Origin: an uncultured Bacilli bacterium
GTDB taxonomy: Bacteria > Bacillota_I > Bacilli_A > RF39 > UBA660
Reading direction: 5' to 3'
NCBI GenBank assembly: GCA_934098515.1
Contig: CAKOOK010000003.1
Span: 5,070-69,069 of the forward strand
DNA: 64,000 bases
Under the pieces are notes generated by a model. The model was not told the origin of the DNA, made no database searches, and saw only the letters and a list, made by a program, of their open reading frames with translations. Shown here piece after piece: positions 26,441-35,857 of the stretch (position 1 is the first letter of the stretch; each line of letters begins with the position of its first letter). Position numbers and translations under genes: made by a program.

Positions 26441-26974
26441 CTATTTTACTGAAACAATCAACTCTAGTTCCTTCTTAGTAACTTCTTTACCTATCACAAC
26501 AGGTAACTTTACCAAATATTCATATACAGGTTCTTCATCAGCTTTAAAAATCTCATCCTTCTTATTTTCCCAATAACACTTAGCATAATAAATAGTGCTT
26601 TCCATATTCCAGCCTCTAACTAAGTTCATAACATACTTCTGATAACAATCATCACTAACTTCAATCTCATAAATCTTATAAAATACTTCATCGAGATTTC
26701 TCTTCTCAATTGCTCGAAGAACACCATTAGCATCAGATGCATAAAAAGAAGTTAATCTAGAAAACCTATCACTATAGTGCAATCTTCTCTCATACTCAAA
26801 AATGGCTTCTAAAGTATCATCTTTACTTTTAAAATCACCTAAATAATAATGAACTCCATGGCTAGATAAACCTTCAAAATAATACTCAGGAACTAACTTT
26901 TCAAAATTCTTAACAAGATCAATCTTCATTCCCGTCGCTAAATGGCCACTTCTATCAACATGATATAAAATCAT
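26441..26974 (-). CDS. hypothetical protein (177 aa)
   Basis: Clean ORF with a 4-nt overlap with the upstream gene. No family recognised. Confidence 0.5.
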   Translation of the reverse strand: MILYHVDRSGHLATGMKIDLVKNFEKLVPEYYFEGLSSHGVHYYLGDFKSKDDTLEAIFEYERRLHYSDRFSRLTSFYASDANGVLRAIEKRNLDEVFYKIYEIEVSDDCYQKYVMNLVRGWNMESTIYYAKCYWENKKDEIFKADEEPVYEYLVKLPVVIGKEVTKKELELIVSVK

Positions 26975-27216
26975 TTCCTAACACTCTCAATTTCTTGTAA
27001 CTCTAAACGGTACTTCTGCTTAACATTAGGGTACTTCTCATGATCAACTTCACTTAAAAAATTATTAATCTCTCTTAAATAAACTTTACCTTCACCATAT
27101 AAAGCCCTATAAATAACATACTCCTCTAAAGTTTCTGAGTTAATTCCTGTTCCAAGAACAATATAATAATCTCCCTTAAAATGTTTATAAATACGATTTA
27201 CTTCTAATTTTCTCAT
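26971..27216 (-). CDS. DUF1653-like protein
   Basis: The start is at ATG 27216 (RBS GGAGGA). IYKHFKGDYYIVLGTGINSETLEEYVIYRALYG matches the recalled DUF1653 core. Confidence 0.55.
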   Translation of the reverse strand: MRKLEVNRIYKHFKGDYYIVLGTGINSETLEEYVIYRALYGEGKVYLREINNFLSEVDHEKYPNVKQKYRLELQEIESVRK

Positions 27217-27247
27217 ATATCCTCCTATCAAAAGTATAACATAATTT

Positions 27248-28135
27248 TCACTTTTTTCTAACCTTTATCACATCATCACTTTGAATACTACCAATAAGTA
27301 AAGAAGAATTATCATCATGCCTCTCAAAATTACTACTAACTGCTTTCTCATCATAATTAGCATAACAATACTTACACATATGCATGCATGAATTATATTC
27401 ACCAATATCAACCATCTGTACGCATTCACACTTCTTCTCTTTTCTTACATTACTACTTTTAAACTTCTTACCGGTTAAAATATAAGCAAGCTCATGAGAC
27501 AAACACTCACCCTTAACAAAACCATACTGAGTTAAATCATTATCCTCAAAGCACGTCTGTACACTCATCCCATTATCCATAGCACTCTTACTAAAAGTTT
27601 CACCTATTTTTTTATAATCTTCCCTAGTAAATGCTCTATATTTTAAAATATTTTTATTACTTCTAACATTCTTATATTCATCCATAAAAGAGACAATTAT
27701 CTTATTAACATAACCATTAAGATTTTTACACAACTTATCAAAAGCTCTAATATGATAATCAACATTATACTTATCACTTAAAAATATTGGATCATACCTC
27801 ACCACCACGTTATCTATACCAAGAACTAAAGATAACTTCTTTATCCCTTCAATAATCAATCTCTTATCTGGAATATTAGGCTCTACATCTTTACCATAAG
27901 GAGTTATAGTAACATGAAATAAAATAGGTACCTTTAATATATCTAACTTATCAACCATTGGTAATGGATTCTTACTACAAAACATAATCAAATCCACATC
28001 CCTAAAATTAATTCTACTGACAAGTTTTTGATTAAAAGGATTTCTCACATCAACAAAACCAGCCTTAACCCTATTTATAAACCAATTAGAATAAAAAGCC
28101 GGTATATCAGTTCTACCACTTGCAAATAAAATCAT
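27248..28135 (-). CDS. DUF1848-like protein (C-terminal Cys cluster)
   Basis: MILFASGRTDIPAFYSNWFINRVKAGF matches the DUF1848 N-terminus. The C-terminal cluster is C.C....C..MC.YCYA. Confidence 0.55.
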   Translation of the reverse strand: MILFASGRTDIPAFYSNWFINRVKAGFVDVRNPFNQKLVSRINFRDVDLIMFCSKNPLPMVDKLDILKVPILFHVTITPYGKDVEPNIPDKRLIIEGIKKLSLVLGIDNVVVRYDPIFLSDKYNVDYHIRAFDKLCKNLNGYVNKIIVSFMDEYKNVRSNKNILKYRAFTREDYKKIGETFSKSAMDNGMSVQTCFEDNDLTQYGFVKGECLSHELAYILTGKKFKSSNVRKEKKCECVQMVDIGEYNSCMHMCKYCYANYDEKAVSSNFERHDDNSSLLIGSIQSDDVIKVRKK

Positions 28136-28617
28136 AACTTAACCTCATAAACCTCATTACCATGCTCTTTAATAATATCCTTTAAATCTTTGACTTTAAG
28201 CCACAAAGTAGCTGTATTATCATTCGGATGCATTCCAATAATATCTTCATCATGAAAATCATCATCTAAATAAAACTTAACTTGCTTTTCATTATCATTA
28301 AGTATTCCCAAAGGACTTACCGCTCCTGGAAAAAGACCGAGAATTCTTTCTAAATCCTCACTAGAAGCAAAAGTTAAAGGCCTAGTATTAAACTCTTTTC
28401 TAAATAAAGACAAATTAACACGTTTTTCTTCCCTAACCATAATTAAATAATAATTTCTCTTCTTATCATCACGCACAAATAAATTCTTAGCATTACCTTC
28501 TGGATACGGAAGAACTACATCCTTTAAATCATCCATCGAATAAACTGCCTTATGATTAGTTATCTCGTGCCAGATTCCCTTACCCTTAATAAAATTATAA
28601 ACTTCATCTTTATTCAT
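28132..28617 (-). CDS. YbaK/ProX-type aminoacyl-tRNA deacylase domain protein
   Basis: The start is at ATG 28617. ...AKNLFVRDDKKRNYYLIMV...RPLTFASSEDLERILGLFPGAVSPLGILND... matches the prolyl-tRNA-synthetase-associated editing domain pattern. Confidence 0.65.
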   Translation of the reverse strand: MNKDEVYNFIKGKGIWHEITNHKAVYSMDDLKDVVLPYPEGNAKNLFVRDDKKRNYYLIMVREEKRVNLSLFRKEFNTRPLTFASSEDLERILGLFPGAVSPLGILNDNEKQVKFYLDDDFHDEDIIGMHPNDNTATLWLKVKDLKDIIKEHGNEVYEVKL

Positions 28618-28650
28618 AATACTCACCATCTAACAATAAATATTATAACA

Positions 28651-28675
28651 TAAAAAGCAGACATAAAGTCCGCTT
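28651..28675 (-). terminator. rho-independent terminator
   Basis: On the minus strand: AGCGGAC-TTTAT-GTCTGCT followed by TTTT. An extended -10 (TGTTATAAT) for the next gene lies directly downstream. Confidence 0.55.
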
Positions 28676-28680
28676 AATAT

Positions 28681-29247
28681 TTATCTTAATCCTTTAGGTG
28701 TATCACTAGATATCCCTGAATCTCCATACATATCTAGAACATCATTTGTCTTACTCGCATCACTTTTAAAAATAGATACAAGAGCAGCAATAATCTCACT
28801 ATCATTAGTTGGTACATAAGAATCATTTCCATCTCCACTCTTCATCTTATCAGTTAAAACAGATTTTAAAATTATACTAAGATCTCTACTTTCTTTATTT
28901 AACTCAGCAACACGAATCATATTTTCCCTAATTTCAGCAGTTAAATACTTTACAAAATCCTTCTGAGTTCTAATAAAGAAACTACCTACTAAAGCACTTC
29001 CGTATGTTGCTTCATAAGTTCTTCCATTTTCACCAACAATAGAATAAATATACTCACACCACATAGGTCCATCATAACCACCTACAGATAAATTTTCAGA
29101 TACCCTATGACCTACTATAGTACCTTTAATATAAGCACCATCTTCAAATCCCTCTACATGATTATTACTAGAACCATGAAAAACATATACCTCAGTTCCA
29201 TTTGATATTAAATCTTCACTTATACTAAAATAACCTTTATTTTCCAT
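28681..29247 (-). CDS. hypothetical protein (188 aa)
   Basis: Clean ORF with a GGAGG RBS. No family recognised. Confidence 0.5.
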   Translation of the reverse strand: MENKGYFSISEDLISNGTEVYVFHGSSNNHVEGFEDGAYIKGTIVGHRVSENLSVGGYDGPMWCEYIYSIVGENGRTYEATYGSALVGSFFIRTQKDFVKYLTAEIRENMIRVAELNKESRDLSIILKSVLTDKMKSGDGNDSYVPTNDSEIIAALVSIFKSDASKTNDVLDMYGDSGISSDTPKGLR

Positions 29248-29300
29248 ATAAACCTCCTATAAGTGTATTATAACATCAAAAAAGAACTCTATTCAAGTTC

Positions 29301-30332
29301 TTAATCTTTTTCAATATAACCACTAATCCCCTTAGTATACATATTATCACTTATTGATTTATATCTTTCACCATCATAATCATCTGTAAATCCATTATAA
29401 GCCTTATAAACTTCATTTGTTTCTGTATCATAAACTCTTTCATAACCAAGTGTTACATCACTTTGTTTCTGACTCATAATATCAAAACTAGCACTTCTCT
29501 TATTCCAAGAATCCATTATTCCATCACTAATCTGATTACAAATATTTCTTACACTTTGAAAATTCTTCATTACTGCATCTTGTTGTTGATTAAATCCATT
29601 TAAGAATGTATCTGTAAACTCTAATGAACCAGCAACTGTATTTAATACTTCCTCCCAGTTAACAAACTCATCTTTTGGCGCAGTTATAAATATTGTATCA
29701 TACACAGAAAGTGGATAATTATCAATTCTTTTACCAGACATAATATTCTCAGTCACATAATAAGCACCAGCATCATAAACATAAGCCGTAAATATTCCAT
29801 CTCCCTCTGTACCACTAGCATCTTTAAATGTTGCTCTAAGTATATCTCCACCAACTAAACCCTTACCTAAGTTTTCAGTAACTGTAAAATCATTAAGTTC
29901 TGGAAATGTAAAAGCAGATGTATTATTAAGTTTACCCATATCATTAAATATCTTAAAATAACCTTCTGTATCTTTACTTGTTATAACTGAAGTTTTAGCA
30001 AATGGACTATCTGGATAAAATCTTTGGTACCAAGACTTTGAATCTTCACTCTTATTAAATCCTTCAACTTTTAAATTAAAATAAAATTGATAAATAGGTT
30101 TTTCTGGATTATATGCTTTAACTATATAATGAATATAATCTCCTAGTATATCAACCTTCCAGCCTTCAGGAACTTTAAGCTTTATAAGACCATTGTCAAA
30201 ATCAGTATACTTAACACTTTTAGTTTCTGCTTCTCTAATTTTAAAATTATCTTTCTTTAACACATTACCGCACCCAGTTAATCCTAAAACAACCAAAAAA
30301 CCCATCAAAATAGTAAGTATCTTTCTTTTCAT
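29301..30332 (-). CDS. putative lipoprotein
   Basis: Lipobox: VVLGLTGC|GN. Confidence 0.6.
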   Translation of the reverse strand: MKRKILTILMGFLVVLGLTGCGNVLKKDNFKIREAETKSVKYTDFDNGLIKLKVPEGWKVDILGDYIHYIVKAYNPEKPIYQFYFNLKVEGFNKSEDSKSWYQRFYPDSPFAKTSVITSKDTEGYFKIFNDMGKLNNTSAFTFPELNDFTVTENLGKGLVGGDILRATFKDASGTEGDGIFTAYVYDAGAYYVTENIMSGKRIDNYPLSVYDTIFITAPKDEFVNWEEVLNTVAGSLEFTDTFLNGFNQQQDAVMKNFQSVRNICNQISDGIMDSWNKRSASFDIMSQKQSDVTLGYERVYDTETNEVYKAYNGFTDDYDGERYKSISDNMYTKGISGYIEKD

Positions 30333-30454
30333 AACACCTCCATATAATACTATTTTATATCTAACTATATTGTACCATATGATTTAAAAAAATTTATAAA
30401 AAAATTACAATTAAATTAACACTCTAAAAATAAATCTTAATTACTCAAAAATAT

Positions 30455-30481
30455 AACAAAAAAATCCTAATAAAAGGATTT
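30455..30481 (-). terminator. terminator downstream of tRNA-Thr
   Basis: On the minus strand: AAATCCTTTTATTAGGATTT followed by a T-run. Confidence 0.55.
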
Positions 30482-30493
30482 CATTCGTTCTTA

Positions 30494-30569
30494 TGGTGCT
30501 GAAAATAGGACTTGAACCTACAACCTACGCGTTACGAGGGCGTTGCTCTACCTATTGAGCTATTTCAGC
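30494..30569 (-). tRNA. tRNA-Thr (anticodon CGU), CCA encoded
   Basis: Hand-folded cloverleaf from GCTGAAATAGCTCAATAGGTAGAGCAACGCCCTCGTAACGCGTAGGTTGTAGGTTCAAGTCCTATTTTCAGCACCA. It has a 7-bp acceptor stem, GCTC/GAGC D-stem, anticodon loop CTCGTAA and a GTTCAAGT T-loop. There is one C-C mismatch at 31:39. Confidence 0.8.
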
Positions 30570-30625
30570 AAACAACTATATTATACCATTACTCTCAAAA
30601 AATTCAAACACAAAAAAAGAAGAAA

Positions 30626-30946
30626 TTACTCTTCTTCCTCTAAATCAGATAACTCAGTACAAAGCATATTATACTTCTCTTTAATCTTACTTTTATCTGC
30701 TTCTTCTAAAACATACCATCCATTTTCAAACATAACTTCATAAACAGCACGCTGAGCATCAATTATCTTATCAAAATCTTTCTTTAACTTCTTATACAAA
30801 ACCTCATTACTAGATTCCGTTAAAGCCACAACATAATTCTTACTCATCTCTTTCAAACTAGAAAGAATACTATTCATATAATCTTTATCATTCATACAAA
30901 TACCACATGGTACTTCAGTCTTACTATTCTTAACTTCCTTACTCAT
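30626..30946 (-). CDS. spore coat protein F (CotF)-like protein
   Basis: MNDKDYMNSILSSLKEMSKNYVVALTESSNEVLYKKLKKDFDKIIDAQRAVYEVMFENGWY matches the Coat_F pattern (LND.D...D.L...K........A..E.SN...R.........Q...F..M...GWY). Confidence 0.5.
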   Translation of the reverse strand: MSKEVKNSKTEVPCGICMNDKDYMNSILSSLKEMSKNYVVALTESSNEVLYKKLKKDFDKIIDAQRAVYEVMFENGWYVLEEADKSKIKEKYNMLCTELSDLEEEE

Positions 30947-31151
30947 TATCCTCACCACCTAAAATATCTAATACCGTATCCATATTATTCATAAATAAAT
31001 CTGATACCTTTCTCGCACACTTACTAAGTGCTTTATCAGTAAATTCGCTTTCCGTATTAATTACTGACTTAAAAGCTCCATAATTCCAATTAAAAATATC
31101 TGTTAAATAATCTAAATCTTTTGTACTTATCATACTAGGTACTTTTTCCAT
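30939..31151 (-). CDS. small hypothetical protein (CotF-operon partner)
   Basis: The start is moved to ATG 31151 (RBS GGGAG). This avoids the overlap with the upstream gene. Confidence 0.4.
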   Translation of the reverse strand: MEKVPSMISTKDLDYLTDIFNWNYGAFKSVINTESEFTDKALSKCARKVSDLFMNNMDTVLDILGGEDNE

Positions 31152-31197
31152 ATTATCAACTCCCACTATTATTATGGTCCAAAAAAAAGAAATAATA

Positions 31198-32649
31198 CTA
31201 CTTATTACTTCCTTCATTAATTCGTCGTAAAGTTTTAACAAGCTCTAGTCTCTCTTTATCATACTGAAGTTTATCTCTTGTCCCTTTAGGTATTGTTTTA
31301 AACTCCCTTAAACTAGTAACACTCCTATACTCGCCTCTATCCTTAAATAGAACATATGCAATAAAATTAGCCCTAGTTTCTCTTCTCCTTGCAACATGTA
31401 CAATATCTTCAAAATCTAGTTCATAATCTGCTCCATAAACAAACTGACTTCTTCTAACAAAATATAATAATCTCAAAAACTCATCATAACCTAAATTATT
31501 CTCAAACAACTTTAAATAAGTTAAATGTAAAAGTTCTATATCATGCTTACTAATATTATCCTTTGCTGCAATATCATGTAAAAGAACCAGCCCCTCATTA
31601 TAACCTAACTTAGTAAACTCATCTTCCAAACGTTCAAAAAGTGTACTAAACATTCTCTTACTAATCTTTGTATCCTTACTTACACCTAACTCAATAAGCT
31701 GTGTACAATTATTAAAACTTCTTAAAAGATTTCCACCACTTGCATATCTATCAATAGCACTAAGAGCACTGACTTTCTTACATTTCTCACTAAATACTGG
31801 TGAAAGACCAAACCAATAATAATTAGAGACAAAGTCGATATCTTTCTCATTCTTCCTAGAATCCCATGTTGGATCAAACTCTAAGAAACTATGAAAATTA
31901 TACTTATCATCATTTATATAACTAACCACAGTAGCATGACCATCATACTTATTAAGCATATTTATATAAGTTTTCACATCAGTTGAAATTCCAATCAAAT
32001 TAGCAATTGCACTAAATAAATTAGCATAACCTAAACAAACTATACTCTCACCAAGAGTTACCCTAGAAAGAGATGCAGAATTAGCATAATTCTTATCTTC
32101 TTTATATATTCTTGTCTTTAAATAATCATATAAAAACATCAGCTTTTCTAAAGGACTAAGTTTTCCATCATCAAGTTTCTTTGCAAAATCAAAAATTACC
32201 TCTAAAGACTTTTTCATCTCATCAACTGAAACAACCTCAGTATTATAAATATTTTTTATCATAGGCGTAACCGCATAATCTAAAGTACAAAAATGATACA
32301 CATCCATTAAATCCATATCATCAGTATCAATAATTGTCTTATAAGGAAAACTTTTAAAAAAATCACGAACCTGCTCTACTGAAACACCTTTATTTAAAGC
32401 AATCTTAATACTCTCAAATCCACTAAAATCTTCAAAATAAGGCATATTTTTAACTTGATAAACCTCATCAATAAGTGTATCATCATATCCTGCTTCTAAA
32501 AGTATTCTATTTCCATCAATAAAATCTTGTCGAAGTTCTCCATTATTAATAACATCTTTAAGCCTATTTAAATTACTAACTCTTAAACATATAGTATTAT
32601 CTCTAAAAGTAAAAAACTCATCTTCAGCAAAAGTAACTATTAATTTCAT
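31198..32649 (-). CDS. transglutaminase-like cysteine-protease-fold protein
   Basis: Cys-His-Asp arrangement: CLGYANLFSAIANLIGI ... GHATVVSY ... EFDPTWD. The start is taken at ATG 32649 (RBS AGGTGA). Confidence 0.45.
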   Translation of the reverse strand: MKLIVTFAEDEFFTFRDNTICLRVSNLNRLKDVINNGELRQDFIDGNRILLEAGYDDTLIDEVYQVKNMPYFEDFSGFESIKIALNKGVSVEQVRDFFKSFPYKTIIDTDDMDLMDVYHFCTLDYAVTPMIKNIYNTEVVSVDEMKKSLEVIFDFAKKLDDGKLSPLEKLMFLYDYLKTRIYKEDKNYANSASLSRVTLGESIVCLGYANLFSAIANLIGISTDVKTYINMLNKYDGHATVVSYINDDKYNFHSFLEFDPTWDSRKNEKDIDFVSNYYWFGLSPVFSEKCKKVSALSAIDRYASGGNLLRSFNNCTQLIELGVSKDTKISKRMFSTLFERLEDEFTKLGYNEGLVLLHDIAAKDNISKHDIELLHLTYLKLFENNLGYDEFLRLLYFVRRSQFVYGADYELDFEDIVHVARRRETRANFIAYVLFKDRGEYRSVTSLREFKTIPKGTRDKLQYDKERLELVKTLRRINEGSNK

Positions 32650-32729
32650 AAAATCACCTATTCTAACAATCATAATATTACAATAAAATGAATATAAAGT
32701 CCATAAAAAAAGACCAGCATTTTGGTCTT

Positions 32730-33161
32730 CTACTTATTCTTAGCTAGCTTTTTAGGTTCAGGTTTTTCAATAGCATCAATTGCTTTATTTAATACTTCAA
32801 CAGTTTTTTTTCTAACATCATCAGCGGCTTTTTCTAAAACTGGTGTGCCTTTTTCAACTGCCATATTATAAAGTTCTTCAGCTTTAATTTGAATCATCTT
32901 AGCTTTTTCTTTAACTACAGAAGCAACCTTCTCTTGATCTAAATCAGCAAGTTCCTTCTTTAATTCTTTAATCTTTTTTTCTAAAGATTTCTTAACATCA
33001 TCATACTCTAGTTCTTTAACCTTATCCCAAAGTTCGTTAATCTTAATAGTTAACTCCTTTCTAGTCTCAGAACCTTTCTTTGGTGCAAATAATATTCCAA
33101 GTCCAGCACCAATTGCTAAACCAGTTAATAAACTGCATCCTTTTCCACTATTTTTACTCAT
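32730..33161 (-). CDS. YtxH-like protein
   Basis: GLAIGAGLGILFAPKKGSETRKEL followed by a coiled coil. Confidence 0.6.
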   Translation of the reverse strand: MSKNSGKGCSLLTGLAIGAGLGILFAPKKGSETRKELTIKINELWDKVKELEYDDVKKSLEKKIKELKKELADLDQEKVASVVKEKAKMIQIKAEELYNMAVEKGTPVLEKAADDVRKKTVEVLNKAIDAIEKPEPKKLAKNK

Positions 33162-33447
33162 AAAAATCATCCTCATCCTTTCTTCTTTTTAAACCAGTAA
33201 TCTTATTAATCAAACTTACTACTCCCTGAGTCATTTTTCCACCTAGATAAGCCATTTTATTTGATACACCATCAATAAACCCAAATACTGTATCAAGTGT
33301 TGCTACTTTTTTAGAAACATCATCCAAAATAGCATTTGTCTTATCTATAGTAATTATAAGTTTAATTCCTAAAATAATACCTATAACTAGTAAAATAATA
33401 AGTAATAAATAAATAATTACTGGTAACGCTGTTGTTAATCCTTCCAT
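33154..33447 (-). CDS. DUF948-like membrane protein
   Basis: N-terminal TM followed by a helical region. The DUF948-YtxH gene pair is classic in Bacillota. Confidence 0.5.
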   Translation of the reverse strand: MEGLTTALPVIIYLLLIILLVIGIILGIKLIITIDKTNAILDDVSKKVATLDTVFGFIDGVSNKMAYLGGKMTQGVVSLINKITGLKRRKDEDDFYE

Positions 33448-34220
33448 TATTCTCCATCCTCACTTTCCTTATTTTTTTCTTCATACATTGAATCGATTAA
33501 ATTAAATAAATCGTTTTCAAGTGTATCTTCCTTAGTTTCATTAGCTGGTGCTTCCTCGATTACAGGTTCATCTTTCTCCTCTATAACCTCAGCTTCCACC
33601 TTTTTATCTTCATCTTTAGAAGTTAAAATCTCATCTAAACTCTTTAAAGGTTCTGTAAACTCATCTTCTTCAACCTCAATCTTAGTAGCTTCCTTACTAA
33701 CCTTCTTTTTCTTTTCTTCAACTCCATAAGCCTTTTTTCTTACTTCATCTAAATCTGGTGCCTTAACACCCATATCAGTTTTTACAATAACATCATCTTT
33801 AGTATAATTCTGATCTAATATTCCATACACAGGAGAAATAATTGGCGTAGGTTTAAAAGGTTTACTAGGTTCCTTCTTACGAGGCTCCTCCTTTAAAAAC
33901 TTACTATAATCCATCCTTCTTTCATCCTTCTTAGGTTCAACCGGAGCACTTCTCCTAGGAGTATAATCAAAATCAAAATCATCTCTAACTTCTCTTACCC
34001 TAGTTCTAGGCTTCTCCTCCTCAAAATCATCAAGTGGAAAATTAAAACTACTACTCCTAGTAGGAATCACTTCCTCCTTAGGCATCTTAACTTCCTTAAT
34101 TGGATTAGCCTCTCTCTTAGGTTCTTCCCTTATAGGTTTCTTCTCTTCTTTAGTTATTACTGGTATCTCTTCTTCTTCAACATCAAAGAGTACATCTTTT
34201 AATTTCTTAAAAACACTCAT
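33447..34220 (-). CDS. K/E/P-rich low-complexity protein
   Basis: ORF with strongly biased charged composition. No family recognised. Confidence 0.45.
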   Translation of the reverse strand: MSVFKKLKDVLFDVEEEEIPVITKEEKKPIREEPKREANPIKEVKMPKEEVIPTRSSSFNFPLDDFEEEKPRTRVREVRDDFDFDYTPRRSAPVEPKKDERRMDYSKFLKEEPRKKEPSKPFKPTPIISPVYGILDQNYTKDDVIVKTDMGVKAPDLDEVRKKAYGVEEKKKKVSKEATKIEVEEDEFTEPLKSLDEILTSKDEDKKVEAEVIEEKDEPVIEEAPANETKEDTLENDLFNLIDSMYEEKNKESEDGE

Positions 34221-34231
34221 TTTATCACTCC

Positions 34232-34861
34232 TTATTTAATCACATCTAAATCCGGAACTTTATCGTCGCCTTCATAATTACCATATTCTTTATATACTTC
34301 TAAGAAATTACTATCACTAGCATCTTCATCAAACACACTAAACTTTTCTTCAGAAGAAGTGACCTCATCAATAGATAACAAATTCTTAACAATATCATCC
34401 GTATATGTAATAGTAGATAAAACAATCATCGCATTAGTAACGCACTTATTAATATCCTCTTTCTCTACTATCACTTCTATTTTAGCATAATTATACATAA
34501 TTTCAATTAGATATTTATCATTTTTTTCATTTATTTCTAAATATCCCTTATCATCAAGTGTCATACTCAAATAAGCATTTTCATTAACTTTATAACTAAG
34601 TTCTGTCTTTTTCAAATAACTAACCAAGTCAACATACAAGTAATACTTATACTTATCATCATTAAGTATCTCATTATATTTTTTAGACGAATTAACATTA
34701 AGTCCTTGTGGTAAATAATACTTATAACCAGTCCTATACTCATTATAACTATTTATCTTAGAACTTAATACTTCTTTTGTTATATCTTGAACACTAGCAT
34801 TATTAATATTAGTGCATCCACAAAGTAATAAAAGTGTTATTACCAAAATATATTTCTTCAT
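34232..34861 (-). CDS. putative lipoprotein
   Basis: The start is at ATG 34861. Lipobox: ITLLLLCGC|TN. Confidence 0.55.
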   Translation of the reverse strand: MKKYILVITLLLLCGCTNINNASVQDITKEVLSSKINSYNEYRTGYKYYLPQGLNVNSSKKYNEILNDDKYKYYLYVDLVSYLKKTELSYKVNENAYLSMTLDDKGYLEINEKNDKYLIEIMYNYAKIEVIVEKEDINKCVTNAMIVLSTITYTDDIVKNLLSIDEVTSSEEKFSVFDEDASDSNFLEVYKEYGNYEGDDKVPDLDVIK

Positions 34862-34887
34862 ATAATCTCCTATAAACATTATACCAG

Positions 34888-35502
34888 TTATTTATCATTT
34901 GGTAAACTTTTTATAACATCAGCATAATTTATTGTCTGTCCTAAACTAATAAACTTATTCTCATATTCAGTTCTAACATTAGGAATATCACTATTAGTTA
35001 AATCTAAAGAAATCTTATTAAACTTATATCCATAATTATTGAACATCTCTAACGAATAAGCAAATAATCCCTTATTATCAGTCTTCTGAATAATATGAAC
35101 ATCATCTTTAGAAATCTTCTCATAAAGTGGCAGAAAAGTTTCACTAGTAAGCCTTCTTTTAGCATGTCTAGTCTTAGGCCAAGGATCACTAAAATTTAAA
35201 TATATTGTATCAACATTATGATCAAAATAATCACAAATATTCTTAGCATCAAAACACATAAATCTTAAATTATCTGGAATATCCTCTATCTTCTGCACTG
35301 CTCTAACTAATACTGAAGGATATTTCTCTATCCCAATAAAATTAACATCCGGATTATTCCTCGCCATCCCAATAATAAAATCACCCTTACCAGTACCAAT
35401 CTCAATACATAACTTCTTCTTACCATCAAAAGGATTAGCTTCTACAAGTAATCCACTATTTATTAAAATATTATTTGCATCTTTAACATTTCTTAATCTC
35501 AT
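34888..35502 (-). CDS. trmB: tRNA (guanine46-N7)-methyltransferase
   Basis: IEIGTGKGDF (SAM-binding) ... LNFSDPWPKTRHAKRRL is the TrmB signature. Confidence 0.85.
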   Translation of the reverse strand: MRLRNVKDANNILINSGLLVEANPFDGKKKLCIEIGTGKGDFIIGMARNNPDVNFIGIEKYPSVLVRAVQKIEDIPDNLRFMCFDAKNICDYFDHNVDTIYLNFSDPWPKTRHAKRRLTSETFLPLYEKISKDDVHIIQKTDNKGLFAYSLEMFNNYGYKFNKISLDLTNSDIPNVRTEYENKFISLGQTINYADVIKSLPNDK

Positions 35503-35557
35503 AAATCCTCCATTAAACTTTTATCCACTCTTACATATATTATTGTAGAGGTGAATT

Positions 35558-35857
35558 ATGAAAAAAGACCGAAACTCATTTTTCCAAGAATACGGCTTTA
35601 ATAGTTATAATAACAACTACCAGCAAATGCCTAATATGAATACTCCTATGAACATGCCAATGAATACTCAAATGCAAGCAAACTCTTCATTCTATGCTGG
35701 CCCAGTTGCAGGTGGCACTTCTGAAGAACTAGATGCCAGAATCTCTAAGTTAGAAAGACAAGTATCAAGACTAGAAACCAGAATCTCTAACTTAGAAAAA
35801 GGAACTACCACTACTCCAAGTGATTATAACTATTCAAGCAATATGTACATGCTTTAA
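35558..35857 (+). CDS. N/Q/M-rich small protein with a C-terminal coiled coil
   Basis: RBS GAGGTGA. LDARISKLERQVSRLETRISNLEK is a heptad segment. No family recognised. Confidence 0.45.
   Translation: MKKDRNSFFQEYGFNSYNNNYQQMPNMNTPMNMPMNTQMQANSSFYAGPVAGGTSEELDARISKLERQVSRLETRISNLEKGTTTTPSDYNYSSNMYML

Noticed and set aside
30543-30743. 66-aa ORF on the plus strand
   Set aside because: Its 5' end is the reverse complement of tRNA-Thr and the rest is antisense to the CotF-like gene. Judged spurious.
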